From: Psammoneis japonica
Lineage: Eukaryota
NCBI GenBank assembly: GCA_008632985.1
Contig: QPGO01000202.1
Coordinates: 1-64,000, forward strand
Direction: 5' to 3'
DNA length: 64,000 bases
Position 1 is the stretch's first letter; each line of letters opens with the position of its first letter. Shown here piece after piece: positions 49,026 through 61,899 of the stretch. A program made the position numbers and the translations under genes. Below the pieces are notes generated by a model. That model did not search any database. It had not been told where the DNA came from and saw only the letters and a program-made list of their open reading frames with translations.

Positions 49026-49829
49026 TTAGACATCGTCTTCTTCCTCTTCCTCGACCGTCTTCCAGTTTGTCGCAGAGCCACCGGCTCCAAGCTGATCGAG
49101 GTATTGAAGAGCCGCACGGTTTCCAACGACACCGCCACGACTACCTTTCCTCCGAGTCTGACGGTTCGAAACAGATGCTTGCAAGGCCTTTCTGTATTCC
49201 TCTGGACTCATTTCATCCATGCCGGGTATCACGTACGTACTGCGTGTTCCCCGTGCCATGCCCATGCCACCTGTTCCGTCATATGCAGGAGTTTCGTCGT
49301 TTGACAAGTCGGTGATTCCATATCCGCTGGTCGTAGCCACCTCCACCTCTGTTTGAGCAGGAGCACGAACGGCAGATGGAGGAGGAGAAATTCCGAGCTT
49401 CTCGTTCATTTCGTCGACGACACGTTTCATGCGTGCTTCAAAATCCTCCACTTCTTCGACTCCCAGCGCTCCAGCACCCTCCTTGACACGCTTCTCAAGC
49501 ACGAGGAGCGACTGCCTCATGTCTTCCAAAAGGTCGTCCTCAAAAATCTTCGGTGCCTCCTCCATTTCGGGCATTCCTGCAGCCGCTCTAGCTCTATTGA
49601 TGATATCAGTAGACGTTAGTTTCTTATTAGCCGGCGTTTCAGGGGGCGTTGGCTTCTTGTTCGCCGCTTGCTTCATCTTTGGTGAATTCTTGTTCTTCTT
49701 TGTCATCTCCAACGATACCGGCACTACATCATTGCGAAAGAACGGCGCTCCGCAATGGTAAGGCACAAAGGCTGATGCAGCATACAAGATGCTAGCATAA
49801 ATCAAAGTAGTTGCCAAACAGATTTGCAT
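49026..49829 (-). CDS. Plastid-targeted protein of unknown function (267 aa)
   Basis: Signal peptide followed by ASAFVP, the diatom ASAFAP-type motif. Intact ORF with normal composition. Confidence 0.88.
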   Translation of the reverse strand: MQICLATTLIYASILYAASAFVPYHCGAPFFRNDVVPVSLEMTKKNKNSPKMKQAANKKPTPPETPANKKLTSTDIINRARAAAGMPEMEEAPKIFEDDLLEDMRQSLLVLEKRVKEGAGALGVEEVEDFEARMKRVVDEMNEKLGISPPPSAVRAPAQTEVEVATTSGYGITDLSNDETPAYDGTGGMGMARGTRSTYVIPGMDEMSPEEYRKALQASVSNRQTRRKGSRGGVVGNRAALQYLDQLGAGGSATNWKTVEEEEEDDV

Positions 49830-50199
49830 GGTTTCTTATGCAATGGACAGAACTAATAACAACATTACCGCACACTTCTGTTGTTGCGTTGTTGCCATCA
49901 CCCATCACAGGTAGGCAGCTACCATGCCCGCTCGCTGATGCGGCCACCCACGCACCCAGCCACCGGACCACCTGACCTCACCACTACCCATCTCTTCCGT
50001 ACCACTTACAGACCCCCTTGTTGGCAGAGTGCCATGCACCGCTCTGCTGCCTGTGGCACCTGCAGTGGCTGCTCTGCTGCTAGACTACAAGTGCTGCTCT
50101 ACTCTCGTCTCTCTAGAGTAGAGCCAGCAGCAGGGCCACCACACCAACAAAAAGCTCTAGCCAGCAGGGCCCTGCTCTGTCTGTGCAAGGGAAGAGGGT

Positions 50200-52040
50200 G
50201 ATGTGGTTTGGACGTCATCAAATTTTTGTGAGGGGCAGGGCGCGGAGTTGATCGAAACCAGAGTGCGCTTTTCGCGCGTTTTCAGTGATCAATCACCAAC
50301 AGAACTGACCATGAGAATCTCTCTTTTTGCACAATGCTAAAGATCAATGTAAATGTTCACTCTGAACAGTTGACTGGTGAAGGGCCAAGTCTCTGGCAGC
50401 AAGTTCTCGTGGAGTTCTGAGCGAGAGTTTCAAATCTCACCAAAAATTCCAGGCCAGGAAAGGCACACCCTCTTGATGGAAAGTGTGTCTTGTCCTTCAA
50501 CAATGGATGCATTGCACTGGCAAAAGTGATCAAATGTGTTCTGTGGACAATGAAGAACAATGCCAAGCTGGGGTTTTTGGTTGCTCACATGCTCCCACAG
50601 ATGCGGCGCGCCATTGCCGTGAGAAGATGATTCTGTGTTTTTGACATGCGATGACTCAAACACCTTGACACAAAGCACATTTTGTCCTTCAAAACAGATG
50701 CTGTTGCATTGCTGATTTGACAAACATGTTCTGCAAATGATGCAGAACAATGCTGTGCAGTGGTTTCATGATTGTCCACATGGTGGTTGTTGAGACATTG
50801 GCTCACAAACATCAGGTCACATTTTTGTTCACATGAGCTCACAGGTGGCACCAAACAGAATCCTTGATGGTGATGAAAATCACCCAGCTGGACATTTTTG
50901 AGCACACTGAAGCTGGTTTTGTTTGCGTGTTTGCTGAGGATGATCTGAGCATGATCTGAATGACAACGATGATGACAATCGATTGAAATGGGACAAGACG
51001 TCTCATTGTTGAGTTTTGGTTGATGTTTGGCTTTGCACACACTGCTTTTGTGGTTTCATTTCAGCACTCAGACTCACAGGCAGCATGTGACCAGGCCTTT
51101 GGACACAGCGGGGTGCAGGGGGGCCCCGTCATTTTCCATTGGTCGTGCCATGCAGGCTCCATGTGACATGCAGCATGTGAGCCAAGTGGCCAAAAAGCAT
51201 GATCTTCCATGCGCACTGTTGCACCACATGGATCACACACAGAAAACACACACAAATGTGCAGCAGGCCCCGCCGTGGGGATGTGGTCTTTTTTCTTTAA
51301 ATCGCCCCGTTGTGTCCAAAGGCCCACATGTGACATGCCTGTGTCAATTTTGGCTCTGACTCTGAACTTTGATCTGTCAGATGAAGTGAAAAATGGGCCA
51401 AGAGTTTGCAACAACCACACACCCTGCAGTGCACTGCAGTCTGCTCACAAACAACTTTTTGAAAATTTTGGCTTTGTTCTGCAGTTGCCAGGGCTGGGGC
51501 GATGATGCTGTTTCCTGCATTGGCACACAGCACACATGTGAGGCCCTTGCATCTTGCAAATGACCATTTTTTGGAGATGACAGGCACTCTCAGAGTGTGC
51601 CAGAGCTCCAGCCCTCATTGGGAACTGGGCATTGTGGAAGCTGGTGTGGCCAAAGCAAAAGTGCCAGCAGAGGAGCTCCTTTTGAGCTGAGGAGAGGTTG
51701 ATGTTGTGCTTGAATGCAGCTGACAATGTGGCAGCAAGGGTGGCTGCATCTGGAGCAAGAGCATCTGGACCCTTGGCATGAATGGGCTGAGGAGCAGGAG
51801 CCTTGCAGTGGTGGTTGCAGGCATGAGCAAGTGGAGGGTTTGTGGTCAGGTCACAGAGCATGTCAATCAGATTGGTCAGTGCACTTCCATCTGCCTGGTG
51901 TGAGCTGTCAGTCCAGGTGAGATGCTGTGTGCCTTGCATCAGAGGCCCATTTCCATGAATTGTCTTGTGGTCACGCCAATGGACATTGTCTGTGATGGCA
52001 TTTGTGAGAGCCTGCACACACATTTGTTTGCAACGAATCA
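50200..52040 (-). mobile_element. Decayed Copia pol remnant (GAG-pre-integrase, integrase, RT/RNase H fragments)
   Basis: NLSSAQKELLCWHFCFGH ... CAVCQ (HHCC region) in frame 51445..52041, and a TESSSHG-like RNase H fragment near 50620. Confidence 0.6.
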
Positions 52041-52049
52041 CGGCGATTT

Positions 52050-54537
52050 AACGTGAGTCACGACTGTTTGCCACAAATGGTTGTGATTAAAAACAAATGA
52101 ATGTCCACACCAACCAACAAATGTCTGTGGACTTTCCAAAACAGCCATCAATCCCAATGGGTGGGGTGCCGCCCAATCAGTTGATGACTCCGAACTGGTT
52201 GCTTTGTTGGATTTGACTTTTCTCATTGGTGCTGACCAGGTGATGATTGAATGCCATGTTTTGATTCATTTTCAACATTTGCGGTTAAAGTCAATGGGTT
52301 GACTGGTGTGTTCAAACTGTGTTTTCCATGGTCCCATCCATTTGTTGCATGTCTCCGCCACAATTGAATTCAAACAAGTGCGGCTGCAATTCATGGCTGC
52401 TGAGTTGCTCTCAATGAAACCGCCACCAACTCCAGTTTGCATGCTTTGGCACAGTTGACCTGTTGGTCATCTTCATCATCTGGGCCGTCCTGTGCTTCTT
52501 CTGTTGCCCGTTGATCTTGCTTGGTTGCAATGGCTCTGCAGAGCTCTTCCCACCGCCCAGGCATCTGCTTGCAACATCTTGCTTGATCTCCTTGACCATG
52601 TCAACAAAGAACTTGCTGGCCTTTGGCGACCACCCTTTGCTCTTCCTTGGTGTCTTGCGCTTCCTCGGTCCCATGTTTCCATCCAAGTTTTTTGGCTTCA
52701 CCGCCGTGAAATGCTTGAGGTTCCTGACAACCCTTCTCTTTTTGCTGGATGCATCCACATCATTTTGGATGTTAACAAGCTCTTTCATGGCCTTGGTCAG
52801 AGCTGTTGCTCGCAGTGCAGCACTTGACTCTTCTCTTGTCTTCTTGACCATGGCATCACGTTTCGTGACGGATGCTTCCCTTGTGTTCTCAAACTTCTGC
52901 TTCAGTTCTTGTGCTGATGGACCTTTCTCCTCTGACATCTCTTCTTCTTGTGGATCTTTCTGGAGCAGCACAAACTTGCTCTGGTCCTGGCCATCCTTCT
53001 CTTTGGCTGTCGTGATGTCTGGCATGATCGTCTTGCACAAGTCTTTGCCTCCTCCACCATCAACCAACTCCACGTCACAATCGGTCATCAAAGTCCCTTC
53101 CTTGTTTTGGCTCTTGCACTTGGCATGCCATGCATCACAGTTGTTCTTGAGGAGCATGTGGGCAAATGCCTTGGCGCACACTGTGCCCATCCTCTCATTC
53201 TTGGAAATGCACTCTTTCCAGCGTGTGTCTCCGACAATCAGATGCAGCATGCAGTCACAGAACACTGTCTGCAAAGCCAGGTTTCCCAAGCAATCTTGGA
53301 ATCTTTCTGGCAATGGCAAGATGCAATTGTTCTCATTGCAGCATGCACAAAGAGCTTCATTTGTGGCAGGAAAAGCAAGTGATGACACTGTCAGCAATCG
53401 CATTGGCTGTTCTTGTTGCACCCTCTGTCATCACTTGCCGCAGAACTTGTCCTCCTGTGCCTGGCGTGAATTTGATCTCTCAATTGCTGGCCACCACTCC
53501 TGATGCATCTTTCTTGGTTCATTGCAAGCCACAGGCATTGCAGGCATGTTTTTTGCTCCAGCTCGGGCAATTCGTTCAGCAGGCCATGCATCATCTTGGG
53601 GCCGCAATTCTGTTCACAATCTCAGTGGAGCATGCCCATTTCCTCCATTTCCTTTTTGTCAAATGTGAACGTTACACTGAGGAACAATGTTTCCTTTGCA
53701 TGATCCCTCACCTTCACTGTGTCTTCCACCACCTTGGCCTGGTCCGCCATCCACTCGGCTGAGCTCAACTCCCACTCCACATGCACCATCGTCCTCCGCT
53801 GCTGCCGCTGTGTTCATTTCTGGTGTGTGCTGAATCACACGGAAGTGCGTTGAGGGATGTGGTTGAGTCTTGCAGATGACATGTGGGTGATGGTTGTCCT
53901 TTTCCATTCCCCTGCATAAATTTCCACTCACCTGAACAGTGTCTTTCACCAATGTTTCTTCATTTGGCTGGACACTTGCATTGAAATTTAAACAGATCCT
54001 CTCTCCAATTCAAAAAATGTCATCTTTAATTTCCAAACATGTGTGTGCCCTCATGTCCAATTGCCTCCCTGTGGCCAACCCTCCAACAGCTGTTGCCACC
54101 ATGCCAAGTGTCTCTCATTCAAAAATCAACTGGGTGCACGCTGAACAATTTGATCCAAAATTCAATCAGACACCTGCACGCCAACAAATGGTTGTGAACA
54201 AGCATCTGATTGTTTCATCCTGCATCTTTGCCTTCCTCATCTCCAATCGCACTCTTAGCTTGGCATGCTTGTTTGCCACCATCACTGCCACCGCTTGCAA
54301 AATGCAGCCCGTCCCCATGCGTCTGCCACAACTCAATTGAGCCAGTTGTCGCAAGCTGCCGTTTTTGCATTGCAAGAGCAGCAAATTGCTTGTCAGTCAT
54401 CTGCTTCCACATCTGATGATGACAAAGCACTGGGTCACAGCACCGACCTCAATGGAGATGACAACTCACCCAGTTTCCCACCCGTGGACTGTCCGCAGCC
54501 CATGCCTCCCCCCAATGAAGAATCCAAGGAGGATGAG

Positions 54538-54568
<31 letters not shown>

Positions 54569-57330
54569 AGGAGGACGAGGATTGCAATGACGATGAGCAT
54601 GATGACGATGACTCCTCTCTTTGTGAAATGTTCCCTGACACTCTTTTTGGCACCTCTGCATGGAATCGCATGCATCCGCCAGCACAGACTTGATCTGACT
54701 GTGGATGATGCGTTTTTTTCTTTCTCGAAAATTCCAAAACCAACTTGCAGTGATGGGACTTTCTTGCCATTCTCAAGCACATCATGCGACTGACCACAGC
54801 GGCCAAAATCAACCCGGTCCCATTTCTCTGGCTGCTTGGACCAATCATCGTTGTTTTTCTTGTGGCGCATGATCTTCCCATCATGATTGGCATTGGAATG
54901 GCTGTGTTCAAGCACAAAATGGGCAATCATGCCAACATCAACTTGGAGAGATCCAAAGTGTTTCTGCCAAAGACATGAGGATGAGTGCAAAATGGCAGCA
55001 TCATCCTGAATGCATTGAGCTCTGGGTGGGACAACCACCAGCTCCCGGTCATGATTTGCGGCAGAAGGAAGTGGTTGCATCATCTCAAAGGAATGGAGAT
55101 GATGTTGTAGATTGTCAAGCAAGCAACAGTCCGCTGGAGAATGATGCAGGTTTGACTCATGATTGGCAGATTGCTCATTGTCATCATCATCGTCGTCCGG
55201 ATCACAAAAACACAAACGTGAGGAGCACACCTTGAGACATCAGCAAGGGACGCAAAGCGGCAACAATGACCATGGGGGAATCGATCATTGATTGACAAGG
55301 AAGTTGTGGTGCCAGCTGATGTGCTTGGCTTCAATGGAGATGCTGAAGAAGCAACTCCTCCCAGGGATGGACCCACAGCACCGGCATCGGGAACACTCTG
55401 GATGGGGTGGTCATCAGTTGATGATTCACCCGCCAATGATGACTCTCCGTCCGACAACACCTTGGCTTTGTCATCTGCCAAAGGTTGCAACTGGGAGGCA
55501 AGTGCGCTGATGGAGCAATTGGCGGACGGCGGGGTGTCAGCCGTGGTGCTGGTTGGCTGAGCAACAGGATTCTGGTTGGTGTCTTTCTTGGATGAAGTGG
55601 GCGGAGGTGCCAGAGAACCAGCAGACACACTGGATGACTCCTTGCTCTTCTTCCTCCTCGTGGTGGAAGAAACAAACTTTGCCTTGGCCTCACAGGAAAG
55701 GTGTGGATGCATGAGATCGTGGATGCATGATCGCACAATTGCCAGGTTGCGGAACTTGAGACGATTCGTGTCCTTGCAGGAATGCTTGAAGGTGGAATGG
55801 AGCTCACGCTCAACCAACTCTTGGTGTTTTTGTGCCATGCCTTTCACCGTGGCATGAGTGTCGATGCAAGCCTTGACACATTCCAGATGATTGGTGAGGA
55901 TCTTCTTGGCAACCTTCCCATCCTTCAACTTCTGATCCATGTTCATTGGGGTCAAAACATTGTCACAAAACAGCACGACGAACTGTTTCCTCTTTTCACA
56001 GCCGGAAAAAACAATGGTCAACCAGCATCAAAAATTGCCAAACTCTTTGTCAACATGAGGGAGAAAGCAACAGTCCGTTGTGGTGGCAGCGATGCTCAAG
56101 CATTGCACAAAAAAATCCAATTTGGACTTGAAGCTGCTGAGCCGAAGGAAGCAAGGGTCATTGCCAATTCGTTTGCTCCCTGTCATCTTGCATAAATTGT
56201 CAATAATTGCATGGAGATGTTTGCTGAATCGGGAAAGATTGGAAAAGGTTTCGGCCAGCTTGCGGCACTCCAGAACACACCTCCCATCTTTACGACAAAA
56301 ACACATCCAGCCACGACTTTTTGCATGATGAAAGCCATCTTCACAGCCAAGAGAATGGGCAACTGTGTTGTCGACCATCAACACTTCCATGAAGAAATGG
56401 GAGGCTTGATTCTGGCGGTTACAATGAACGAAGGGCAGGGCAATGAGATCGGCGGAGGGTGTCCATTTGCGAGTCTCGATGAACTTCTGACGGTGGTGCT
56501 GCGTCTCGATGATTTTTTTAAATTGAGACTTTGTCATGTGGCCGCCGTCAACACCATTTGTGTGTGCTTTGGCGTGGTTGTCAAGAACAGAAATGTTGCT
56601 TCCATCTGAAGAATCGGCATCTGCGTCATCTTCATTGGGAAAAGAAAGATCACTGGCATGACAACCACCAAGGTCTCCAGATGCAGACTGTGTGCTGGCG
56701 TGATCATTGCCTTGAGCAGACGAGTCGTTGCCTTTGGAGTCATCATCAGATCTAAGATTGATGTCATCAGAGAGGTTTGCCACCATGTTGGATGTCAAAA
56801 AAATGTCATCAAGCAAGCCGTCGTGGTCTGGAGGGTGTGATGGGCAAGTTTCGCATTCGGCGGTGTCCCCAAATGATTCAGAACGAGAAGAGAGACGTTG
56901 CTTTTGCTTGGGCATGACTTTGAGATGGGGCATGGTCACAATGGTGGGAGAGGCAAACCGCCATGGGCGATCACAGCATGAACAGAGGACACAGAAACCC
57001 GCGGACTTCTCATCATGCCACTTTCGCGGTTCTGCGCTGACTCGCCAAAAACACAGGGGATTGGACCCAAAGATCACAAGCAGAAGGGACAAATGCCCCA
57101 AACAGGACAGCTCGGGGGAATGGTGCAAATGAAAGATCATGATTTGGTGGAGAGGAGGGGGTTTTGGAGGGGAGCAGAAAAGGGTGGAAAATTTCGCGGA
57201 ATTGTCAACTTCCATCATGAGGATGGAAATGCAGAAATTTTGGCGAAAATGCCATGTGCAACATGAAAATGAATGTTTTTCAGCTGGGGCAAAATGCAAT
57301 TGTCCTCAGTTGAGGGAATGACAGAGCCGT
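52050..57330 (-). mobile_element. Decayed multi-ORF insertion, possibly Plavaka-like
   Basis: Several Tyr-free minus-strand frames, including AFAHMLLKNNCDAW...KGWS and LVVVPPR..., lying between two Copia-like fragments. The family assignment rests on remembered motif resemblance only. Confidence 0.35.
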
Positions 57331-57339
57331 GTGACTTGG

Positions 57340-58500
57340 TGTTTTGGCACTCAAGTCAGTGAGTGCAAATTAAATAAAATGCATCGTGGAACAACAAACA
57401 CACAACACTCTAATCTGCAAATTGAAAATGAACAAAAATGTTGTCTTTCCAATGGGTGAATGTCGATTTTCATCTGGAGGTGGGTGCACCAATCCAGGCG
57501 CACACGTGCATGCCATGAGATGGTGGGGTTTGATGACTTGTGACTCAAGGCCTTTTCTGCGGGCCTCTGATGTGCTTGATCTCTTTCTCATTGTGTGTCT
57601 TCAAGAGCTTGCAGTGCTCAACAAGCAATTGTTTGCATCCAGCGTGTGGCGTGCAGAGAATTTCAACCTTGATGCCCTGTCTGATGCCTTGGAGCCAAGC
57701 AAACTGAGTGGGTTTGCCAGGCACCAGCCAAGCAGATGGAGACAACATGGTGTTTGCAGGTGTCAAGCAGGTGGGAGATGAAGAGGGTGCTGCAAAGCAC
57801 AGACAAAAGCCGCAAGGGGGGGAAGTGCACTTGCAGAGCCTTGCCAAGGAGCAACAAATGGCATGCACAAGGTGATTTCTTGAGCCAGAGATGCGCTCCA
57901 GGTGCCAGGATTGACAAAGACAGTGTTTGCCTGGGCTTGCATTGCGCTGCATTTGGCACAGCTCTTCTCATTCTCATGTCCATTGGAGGCAGCACACTGA
58001 CCACACAGATCTGGTGCCATTTCCATTGCTTGCCATTTGCAGACTTCAAAGTGGGCTCACTGGGTCCCAGAGCTTGGGTCTTGCAGAAGTCATCCAGACT
58101 CAGCTGGGGACGTTGCTCCTTGTTGGCACCTTTCATGTGGGGGCAGCAACACGCCCAGTGACCAACTTGGACTTGCCAACAGCAGCATTTTCTCAAGTTG
58201 GAGTCTTTGGCACTGCTGGCCGGGGGGGGGGGGGGGGGCACTTGTGATTGTTGCGCTGTGTGGGACACTCATCAATGACGAGCTCAGAGTTGGGGTCAAG
58301 TCAGAAAATCCCGTGATGGCCAGCTCATCAGCATGGTCCTTGATGCATGCCACCATCAACGCCGGGACTGGGTTCTCTCCTGGAAACTGGGAAGGTTGGA
58401 CAAATTGAATCTCGTCCCGCAGCTTCTTGAAATGCTTGACAGACTGCGTGGCGGATCAAGACAATTGCGGAGGAAGGCGACTGCGCCAACATCGTTGGCC
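57340..58500 (-). mobile_element. Decayed Copia-like gag/protease fragment, possibly the 5' part of the element at 50200-52040
   Basis: EPTLKSANGKQWKWH..C gag-like motif, same strand as the pol remnant, TA-depleted. Confidence 0.4.
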
Positions 58501-58622
58501 ACATCACACAGTAACACTACGTGAACGAAACATTCCAGTCGAACTAGCTAGTCCTTTTCTCGTTGCGCAAGGCCTTACGGTAGAATATTGCGAATTGGAT
58601 AACAGACTCCTCGAAAATCCAA

Positions 58623-58938
58623 TTTTTACGAAGTAAAAATGCAATAGTCTTTGTTTCGGTTGCATGCCTTCACGTTCGGGTGTCATTTGCTGAGCATAAG
58701 GAAAAAGCCTGATTAAAACCCAACCGAAGTGCTATCTGCTTGTTTGCTATCCATAGTAAGATGGAACTGTGTTTCTTGCATTTTTACGAAGTAAAAATGC
58801 AATAGTCTTTGTTTCGGTTGCATGCCTTCACGTTCGGGTGTCATTTGCTGAGCATAAGGAAAAAGCCTGATTCAAACCCAACCGAAGTGCTATCTGCTTG
58901 TTTGCTATCCATAGTAAGATGGAACTGTGTTTCTTGCA
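58623..58938 (+). repeat. 158-bp tandem duplication with one mismatch, covering the gene's 3' end
   Basis: tttttacgaag...gtttcttgca at 58623-58780 and 58781-58938. The only difference is gattaaaacc vs gattcaaacc. Confidence 0.97.
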
Positions 58939-60071
58939 AGAGACCACTCGGGAAGGGATGGGCGGACTCCGTCACTCAACGGTGATTGAGCAAGTGCATC
59001 TGCAAGGCGGTGTAAAAATGCCTCGTTCTCCATTGCCTTGTCGACAGCCTCCTGACCCCCTTTCACTCCATCGGCTCCAGGCTGAGAAGAAATGTCGGGG
59101 TAAGATAGTCCACTAAGATCTTGCTCCAACTGTTCCTCTGGTAGTTGAGCAAGTTTAGCACGCTTGGTGCTCTGCAGCTTGGCTGCCCTGGCTTCCGTGG
59201 ACTTCAGAAGAGATTCAAAAACATTCAAGCACTGCCGGCCATCACGGTACTGGGTCAAAGATATGACATTGAAAGCATCGAAATGTATCAAATACCACTT
59301 TTCATTTCCATCTGTACCTAGCAGTAATGTTGACTGCCCCCAAGTACTTTGCTTTGAGAAAGCAGCAAGCTGAAGCAACAGCTGTGCCTTGTTAATCGGC
59401 CTTCTATTTGTCTTCATTTCGACCAGTGCTATTCCATACACATAGAAAGATTCCTCAGTCTGCTCGCAAAGTTCAAGTACCGATTCCTCAGCAATGCATC
59501 CATCAGATTTGCCGTTCGCCTCCTTTCGATCCGCCTTGATGGGTGCTAATTTCTTGCCTTTTACGTCTCTTATGCCAAGCCCCTTGCCGCCGACTGCGAG
59601 ACCGTGTTTTAGTTTGCCAAACAGCCATTCTAATGCACTTAAAGTCCCATCTGATTCTGAAATCTTTGCTCTTCCCCCTGTCTGAAGTTGTTGATCCCAA
59701 GCGAATTTGTCGAGAGCAGATCCGACTCCAACATTCATATCAGGGGGGGTTGCTCGCCAAGAAATTGCCAGCCCCGCTAATAGTTCAGTGGCAAAGACAG
59801 TGTTCGCCGTCGACATGTCTTTTTTCTCTGTCTTTGAATCCATCATCATTGTCTCTATATGCTCAATTTTCGTTTTGATCTCCCCTGAATGATCCGTCAC
59901 GGAGTAGTTCTTGAGTGCTCCCAACTCAGGCAATGTTAACTTGTATTTTTCTTCAATGCGGTTCCACATCGGATCCTCACGGGCACTCGGAAGGTCCACC
60001 AAGGGATACGGCGGAGTCCCCTTGGCAAGTTTTTTCGCGGCTTCATCGAAAGAGCTCATAATGTTCAACAA
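58905..60071 (-). CDS. Crinkler-like protein with a PD-(D/E)xK nuclease-like motif (388 aa)
   Basis: Intact ORF with GKSDGCI...ALVEMKT...AQLLLQL...LLGTDG and a short helical N-terminal header. Confidence 0.75.
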   Translation of the reverse strand: MLNIMSSFDEAAKKLAKGTPPYPLVDLPSAREDPMWNRIEEKYKLTLPELGALKNYSVTDHSGEIKTKIEHIETMMMDSKTEKKDMSTANTVFATELLAGLAISWRATPPDMNVGVGSALDKFAWDQQLQTGGRAKISESDGTLSALEWLFGKLKHGLAVGGKGLGIRDVKGKKLAPIKADRKEANGKSDGCIAEESVLELCEQTEESFYVYGIALVEMKTNRRPINKAQLLLQLAAFSKQSTWGQSTLLLGTDGNEKWYLIHFDAFNVISLTQYRDGRQCLNVFESLLKSTEARAAKLQSTKRAKLAQLPEEQLEQDLSGLSYPDISSQPGADGVKGGQEAVDKAMENEAFLHRLADALAQSPLSDGVRPSLPEWSLARNTVPSYYG

Positions 60072-61094
60072 TGATCATTTCTTTTTTCACTCGGGTCGTT
60101 GTTGAAACGAAGAGATGTTGGTGGTTTACTATAATGGTGACTACGGAAGGCGACACTTTTTCTTTCTTTCTTTCTCTCTCTCTGGTTGTTGTCGAACGAG
60201 AGGTGTTGGTGGTAGTCTCTAGAGAGTAGGAGTAGGTCGTAGACTCTATGGTCGTGCTCTCTCTATCCATAAAGTTCCCTTTCGTAGGGCCTCAAGAGTC
60301 AACTAGCTAGAGTAGAGAGTACCTACTCTAGTAGAGGTCGTTCGAGAAAGGCAAGGTGATCCACTATCTACGTAGGAATGACCCTCTCCACTGACGTGAA
60401 CGACGATGGATCGTCGATCGCGTCGAAAAAGCAGAAGTGGGTAGGTTGGAAACGTTCACCGCCGGTGTATGTTGCGGTTGTTTCGCGATGTGGCACTCCC
60501 GCAACTGGGAGGTGGCGAGTGGCGATGTGGATAATGCTGTAGTAGTCTACTTAGCACCCTTGAAAATCCAGCACCTTTTAAAAAACAGCCCGAAAAGTCA
60601 GCACCTTTAAACGCCCTTGTTTTTCGCTTGTATGATGTAGAAAGCGACTAGAGAACAGGCCATTTTTTTGCTGAATTATGAATCATTTGTGGAAAAAATA
60701 TCCATGAGCGTTTGTGCTCACCGTGCGAAACGACACCACGACAATGGGATAATCTTACGAAGCGATTTCGACGGTGGATCACCTCCACTGCGTTTGACGA
60801 ACGGCATTTGCATGGACTTTGTGAATTTCGCATTTCTCGGTTGCTTTCCGGGTCACTTGTCGATGCAGCATGTATCCTGCATGCATTGGCACGCATGAAG
60901 CACGGAGTGGGCACGGATGTGACCCCTCCACATCCAGTTTTAAACAAAATTCACTGCTGAACATTGTGGCTGTACTTTTAGAATGCTCATGCTGTTGGTT
61001 TAGAAGGGCTTTGCACCCTTGAACTCATTGCATGCACTCACCACTGACTGGTGTGGTGAGCCAGCCGCTTCCTTCTGTCTCAAATCTCCAGACG

Positions 61095-61882
61095 AGATTG
61101 ACACCCTGCTGTGCAAGGATGCTTCACAAAACAAATCAAATGCACAACAGTGCTCTGCAATTGTTGCATGCAAGTCATTCCAAGTGCTTTTGTTGAGTGC
61201 AGTGTCAAGTTGAGCAGTCGTGCACGACGCACGGCCAACAACCAACAAGCAACAATGAGGCACAAGATTGATGCCATGCCGTGCAAGGACACTTCACAAA
61301 ACGAATCAAATGTGCAATGGCACTCTGCAATTGTTGCATGCAAGTCATTCCAAGTGCTTTTGTTGAGTGCAGCATCAAGTTGAGCAGTCGTGCACGATGT
61401 GCGGCCAACAACCAACAAGCAACAATGAGGCACACAAGATTGACGCCCTGCCGTGCAAGGATGCTTCACAAAACAAATCAAACGTGCAACAGTGCTCTGC
61501 AATTGTTGCATGTAAGTCATTCCAAGTGCTTTTGTTGAGTGCAGCATCAAGTTGAGCAGTTGTGCACGACACGCAGCCAACAACCAACAAGCAACAATGA
61601 GACACAAGATTGACGCCATGCCGCGCAAGGATGCTTCACAAAACGAATCAAATGCGCAATGGCACTCTGCAATTGTTGCACACAAGTCGTTCCAAGTGCT
61701 TTTGTTGAGTTTGGCATCAAGTTGAGCAGTCGTGCATGACCCCGCGGCCAACAACCGACAATCAACAACCAAGAATGAGATGCAAGATTGACGCCATGCC
61801 GTGCAAGGATGCGTCGCCAAACAAATCAGATGCCCAACAACACTCCAAAGTCATTCCAGGTGCTTTTGTTGAGTGTCAAGTT
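61095..61882 (+). repeat. ~170-bp tandem repeat, about 4.5 units, with dimeric higher-order structure
   Basis: The marker agattg occurs at 61095, 61265, 61437, 61607 and 61785. Confidence 0.95.
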
Positions 61883-61899
61883 GATCCATCATGGACAAA

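Noticed and set aside
52463..53503. 346-aa hydrophobic plus-strand ORF
   Set aside because: Antisense shadow of the K/E-rich minus-strand frame 52411..53421.
54528..54610. GAG/GAT trinucleotide run
   Set aside because: Simple low-complexity acidic tract inside a decayed element.
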